From assembly GCA_024654525.1 (NCBI GenBank), contig JANLHI010000031.1, positions 18,774 to 82,773 on the forward strand: a stretch of DNA of 64,000 nt, in the 5' to 3' direction. Both the position numbers and the translations under genes were made by a program. The DNA is from Patescibacteria group bacterium. GTDB taxonomy: Bacteria; Patescibacteriota; Minisyncoccia; UBA6257; 2-01-FULL-56-20. Positions within the stretch are counted from its first letter, which is position 1. Each line of letters begins with the position of its first letter. Shown one piece after another: positions 59,189 to 64,000 of this stretch. A model generated the notes under the pieces. The model searched no databases and was not told the DNA's origin. It worked only from the letters and a program-made list of their open reading frames with translations.

Positions 59189-59779
59189 ATGAAAGTGTTT
59201 AAATTGGATTCTTCGGGCGCGCAATTTGCGATTCCCGAAGTAATGGCGCGTGAGCGCCGTTACGCATTCTTTCATGGAGGAAGTCTTGAATGTGGGAAAT
59301 ATTGCTTGCGCTTGAGCAAGACAGACTTCCCCATCACTCAAAAGAACGGGTGGTACAAAGAGGAGTTCGCGCTCCTTCCTTCAAAACCACCTCAATGGGA
59401 TGAGGTGGGGAATGAACTTCGCGTGATGAAGAGAAGTAAACTTCCCCCTACGGGGGAATGCATTGTGTTGCTCAACACCACGAGCGTACAACACAGCAGA
59501 GGAGGAATGCTCCATTCATGGAACGCTGGCGTGAAGGTGTTGGGTAAGGGAGTAGATGTGAAGCCGATGCACGAAGGAAATAAGGCTGCACGAAAATCGG
59601 TGGAAATCGAATACCCAATCCTTGCGTGTTCTCATGGCGCAGAGTTTGCATGGGAGTGCGAGGGACGAGATTACCATGCACAATGGGATGGTGCCATATG
59701 GCAGGTAACGGAAGAAATACCGATGTTACCGATGCATGGCGAAAGCCACCTTGCAACACGGGGATTTCTCCGTTTCTAG
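59189..59779 (+). CDS. hypothetical protein (Trp/His/Cys-rich, soluble)
   Basis: ATG 59189 preceded by a GGAGGA SD; the ORF is open from 59150; no family signature. Confidence 0.4.
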   Translation: MKVFKLDSSGAQFAIPEVMARERRYAFFHGGSLECGKYCLRLSKTDFPITQKNGWYKEEFALLPSKPPQWDEVGNELRVMKRSKLPPTGECIVLLNTTSVQHSRGGMLHSWNAGVKVLGKGVDVKPMHEGNKAARKSVEIEYPILACSHGAEFAWECEGRDYHAQWDGAIWQVTEEIPMLPMHGESHLATRGFLRF

Positions 59780-59843
59780 GTCTGTGGTTTTCGGGGGTAC
59801 GGCTCCTTATGAGTCAAAAGGGAAAACAGCAAAATCTAAACTA

Positions 59844-59884
59844 CGGCTCGGAACAACAATGTTCCGAGCCGTGTTACTTTTTTA
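59844..59884 (+). terminator. rho-independent terminator
   Basis: cggctcggaacaacaatgttccgagccg followed by tgttacttttttacc. Confidence 0.6.
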
Positions 59885-59899
59885 CCTCAAATCTCCAAT

Positions 59900-59935
59900 T
59901 GTCATAAATAAACGCCATGGCGTTTATTTATGACA
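59900..59935. promoter_or_regulatory. 36-bp perfect palindrome (16-bp arms, 4-bp spacer), upstream copy
   Basis: tgtcataaataaacgc-catg-gcgtttatttatgaca; identical to the copy at 60544-60579. Confidence 0.6.
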
Positions 59936-59958
59936 ATATGATATGTTATCTTGTGTAT

Positions 59959-60513
59959 ATGCCGAGGGGTATCGGGAAGATTCAGAAAAAAGTATTGCTG
60001 TTGTTGCAAGGGGGTTTTGCGCTTGGACTTGCGAGTTCTCCTCAAAAACAACTCAAGGTTCTCAAAGGTATTAAGAAAGAATGGGATGCGATTGATAGAA
60101 GATCGCTCTATCAAACAATTCGGAGTCTCTATCGCAGTGAGTTGATTGATTTTCGAGATAGAGGAAAAGGAAGAGTGGACATGGTACTTACGAAGCAGGG
60201 AGCGCGTAGGGCATTGAGTTTTAACCTTGATACGCTCTCTATAAAGCGACCGATACGGTGGGATAAAAAGTGGAGAATTGTTTGTTTCGATATACCAAAA
60301 GAACAAAAAAGAGCACGGGACGCTTTGCGATCTCACTTGTTGCGTCTTGGATTTTATCCTTTCCAAAAAAGCATTTTCATATTTCCTTATTCTTGCAACG
60401 ACGAACTTGATTTTTTGATTGAGATTTACGAAGTGAGGGCGTATGTGCGGCAAATCGTTGCAGAAGAGATAGATAACGCACTACATCTCAAAACTATATT
60501 TCATATCTCCTAA
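59959..60513 (+). CDS. mini-PaaX-like protein: winged helix plus Cas2-like module (paralog 2)
   Basis: WDKKWRIVCFDIPKEQKRARDALRSHLLRLGFYPFQKSIFIFPYSC and the C-terminal ...LHLKTIF are both shared with paralog 1. The track ORF from 59917 begins inside the palindrome (MAFIYD...); the ATG at 59959 (MPRGIGKIQKKVLLLLQGG) aligns with paralog 1. Confidence 0.55.
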   Translation: MPRGIGKIQKKVLLLLQGGFALGLASSPQKQLKVLKGIKKEWDAIDRRSLYQTIRSLYRSELIDFRDRGKGRVDMVLTKQGARRALSFNLDTLSIKRPIRWDKKWRIVCFDIPKEQKRARDALRSHLLRLGFYPFQKSIFIFPYSCNDELDFLIEIYEVRAYVRQIVAEEIDNALHLKTIFHIS

Positions 60514-60543
60514 TATTTGCGTTGAAGATGTGGTGTGTATACC

Positions 60544-60579
60544 TGTCATAAATAAACGCCATGGCGTTTATTTATGACA
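60544..60579. promoter_or_regulatory. 36-bp perfect palindrome, downstream copy (40 bp including cc/gg flanks)
   Basis: Identical sequence to 59900-59935; sits between the convergent stops of the paralog-2 gene and tsaD. Confidence 0.6.
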
Positions 60580-60595
60580 GGGAGGTAGGATGGGT

Positions 60596-61732
60596 TTATA
60601 TATTCAGGTTTCCTTGCGCTTCCAGCCTATATTTCTTTCTGGGGGTTTTGCGGAGGATGGACATATATCCCGCAACGGCAATCATCGCGGCGTTGTCGGT
60701 GTTATATTCTTTTTCGGGAGCAATAAATTGCGTTCCGATTTTTTTTGCCTCGCGCTGAAGCATCTTACGAAGTGTTTTGTTCGAGGCGACGCCTCCGGAG
60801 AGCATTATGGATTTTGCGCCGAATTCCCTTGCGGCACGGATAGTTTTTTTGACAAGGACGTCAAGTGCGGCGGATTGGAAGGAAGCAGCGACATCGCGAA
60901 TTTTGAATGTGGGTTTATTCGATATTCCATATTCGATATTCCCTATTCCATTTTTTTTCTCCCGCAAAAAATAAAGCACTGCAGTTTTCAATCCCGAAAA
61001 GCTGAAGTCGTAGTTTTTTTGGTCGATCATGGGACGGGGAAATTCGATTGCACAGGGATTTCCTTGTGCGGAATGTTTTTCGATTTCCGGTCCGCCGGGG
61101 TAAGAAAATCCCAATATTCGCGCAACTTTATCGAACGCTTCTCCTACGGCATCATCGCGTGTTTCGCCGATCTTTTTCCAATGATACAAGTCTTTCACAA
61201 GGAGAAGAATGGTGTGTCCGCCGCTTACCAATAGCGAAATTGCGGGGAACATATCCGAATTACGAACAACGAATTTCGAATTCTGCTTTGGCAGAAGGAA
61301 ACTGTATACGTGTCCTTCTAAATGATTTGCTCCCACGAGCGGAACTTTCTTCCCACTCATTTCTTCGTACTCCTTTTGAAGTTTTTGCGCGAAGGTGATT
61401 CCCGTCCATAATGCCGGTTCGAGTCCGGGGCCCACGGTTACGGTGATAAGATTGATTGCGGGGAGTGGGAAATAAGGAGTAGGAACTAAAGTCTTCTTCT
61501 CCTTTTTTCCCGCTCCTTTTTCCTTAATCCTTTTCCACAGGAGCGGAAGGTTTTTGAGGTGTTCTCGCTTTGCCAGATTTGGTACCACACCGCCGAAGGG
61601 CGCGTGGATTTTGATTTGAGAGGAAACGATATTTTTGATGACACGAAAGTGGGGATTGTGGGGTGTCCCTTTCGCTTCTATCAATGCAAGCGATGTTTCA
61701 TCACAACTGGTTTCTATTCCGAGGATACGCAT
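60596..61732 (-). CDS. tsaD: tRNA N6-adenosine threonylcarbamoyltransferase
   Basis: MRILGIETSCDETSLAL, HLEGH, Kae1/TsaD fold; carries a small tandem-repeat insertion. Confidence 0.85.
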   Translation of the reverse strand: MRILGIETSCDETSLALIEAKGTPHNPHFRVIKNIVSSQIKIHAPFGGVVPNLAKREHLKNLPLLWKRIKEKGAGKKEKKTLVPTPYFPLPAINLITVTVGPGLEPALWTGITFAQKLQKEYEEMSGKKVPLVGANHLEGHVYSFLLPKQNSKFVVRNSDMFPAISLLVSGGHTILLLVKDLYHWKKIGETRDDAVGEAFDKVARILGFSYPGGPEIEKHSAQGNPCAIEFPRPMIDQKNYDFSFSGLKTAVLYFLREKKNGIGNIEYGISNKPTFKIRDVAASFQSAALDVLVKKTIRAAREFGAKSIMLSGGVASNKTLRKMLQREAKKIGTQFIAPEKEYNTDNAAMIAVAGYMSILRKTPRKKYRLEAQGNLNI

Positions 61733-61871
61733 GTTATTTGATAAAACGATTCAAAATATCCAAAACCGGAAATTATCACTCTTACCCCGTAGTTCCGCCG
61801 AAGTGGAGCGTTACGAGGTTTCTGTTCCGAAAATATGCATGAAACCTATAACCGATGTAAGTTATAAGTCA

Positions 61872-62135
61872 TCAGTTATTGGTTACTTGCGGTGTTTCAT
61901 CCGCCAATATTCGCGTGGTGTTTTCCGCAGTTACTTCAATAAATCCTTTTCCTGTCGGAATATAGTGGTCATTATGTTCAGTGTCAATAATTTTTAGGAT
62001 GCCGGGTTTAAAGGTCGCAATAAGCGGTTCATGTTGGTCGAGGACGGTAATTTCACCGCCATCAGTCGCACATGTTACCGATAAGGCATCACCTTCAAAA
62101 AGAATTTCTTTAAGAGAATATACAGAAAGTTTCAT
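61872..62135 (-). CDS. atpC: ATP synthase F1 epsilon subunit (beta-sandwich domain only)
   Basis: LEGDALSVTCATDGGEITVLDQHEPLIATFKPGILKI. Confidence 0.8.
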   Translation of the reverse strand: MKLSVYSLKEILFEGDALSVTCATDGGEITVLDQHEPLIATFKPGILKIIDTEHNDHYIPTGKGFIEVTAENTTRILADETPQVTNN

Positions 62136-62151
62136 GCTGTTTTCTATAGTG

Positions 62152-64000
<1,849 letters not shown>

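Noticed and set aside
59917-59958. ORF-track start MAFIYD… for the mini-PaaX gene, and the separate ORF 60561-60758 also starting MAFIYD
   Set aside because: Both ATGs are the central ccATGg of the 36-bp palindrome, so the shared MAFIYD peptide is an artefact of the repeat. The paralog alignment supports the ATG at 59959 for the real gene, and 60561-60758 is antisense to tsaD.

Overview
This window reads as a syntenic housekeeping block from a small-genome, CPR/Parcubacteria-like bacterium, with roughly 45-50% GC. It holds a 23S-5S rRNA locus with no 16S in the window. It also holds a fused rpoB-rpoC, several ribosomal-protein genes and a long r-protein operon (infA-rpmJ-rpsM-rpsK-rpsD-rpoA-rplQ-rplM-rpsI). 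Further genes are six aminoacyl-tRNA/tRNA-modification enzymes (gatB, thrS, serS, valS, alaS, miaA, tsaD), dnaG-rpoD, the atpGDC tail, two tRNAs (Gly-CCC, Pro-GGG) and a cell-envelope/division set (LtaS-like, FtsW/RodA, MltG, FtsQ-like, FtsB-like, GT39, DUF4012, PEGA-like). The 23S is unusually long (~3.4 kb) because several hairpin-type intervening sequences (IVS) are inserted; these share a motif with the flanking processing stem. Findings ranked most worth follow-up: (1) two paralogous mini-PaaX-like genes (N-terminal winged helix plus a Cas2-like ferredoxin-fold module), each bracketed by its own cognate 36-bp palindrome with 16-bp arms and a 4-bp spacer. The second gene is flanked on both sides by the identical perfect palindrome. 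(2) A complete histidine-phosphatase (PGAM-family) domain inserted in-frame inside valyl-tRNA synthetase, between the cysteines of its zinc knuckle. (3) An rpoB-rpoC in-frame fusion. (4) rpoA lacking the alpha C-terminal domain. (5) Short low-complexity repeat elements inserted in-frame in miaA, alr, valS and tsaD. (6) A degenerate duplicate of the rplK 5' end upstream of rplK. (7) A 20-bp-arm inverted repeat between rpsF and ssb. No CRISPR array, cas1, transposase or integrase was seen.
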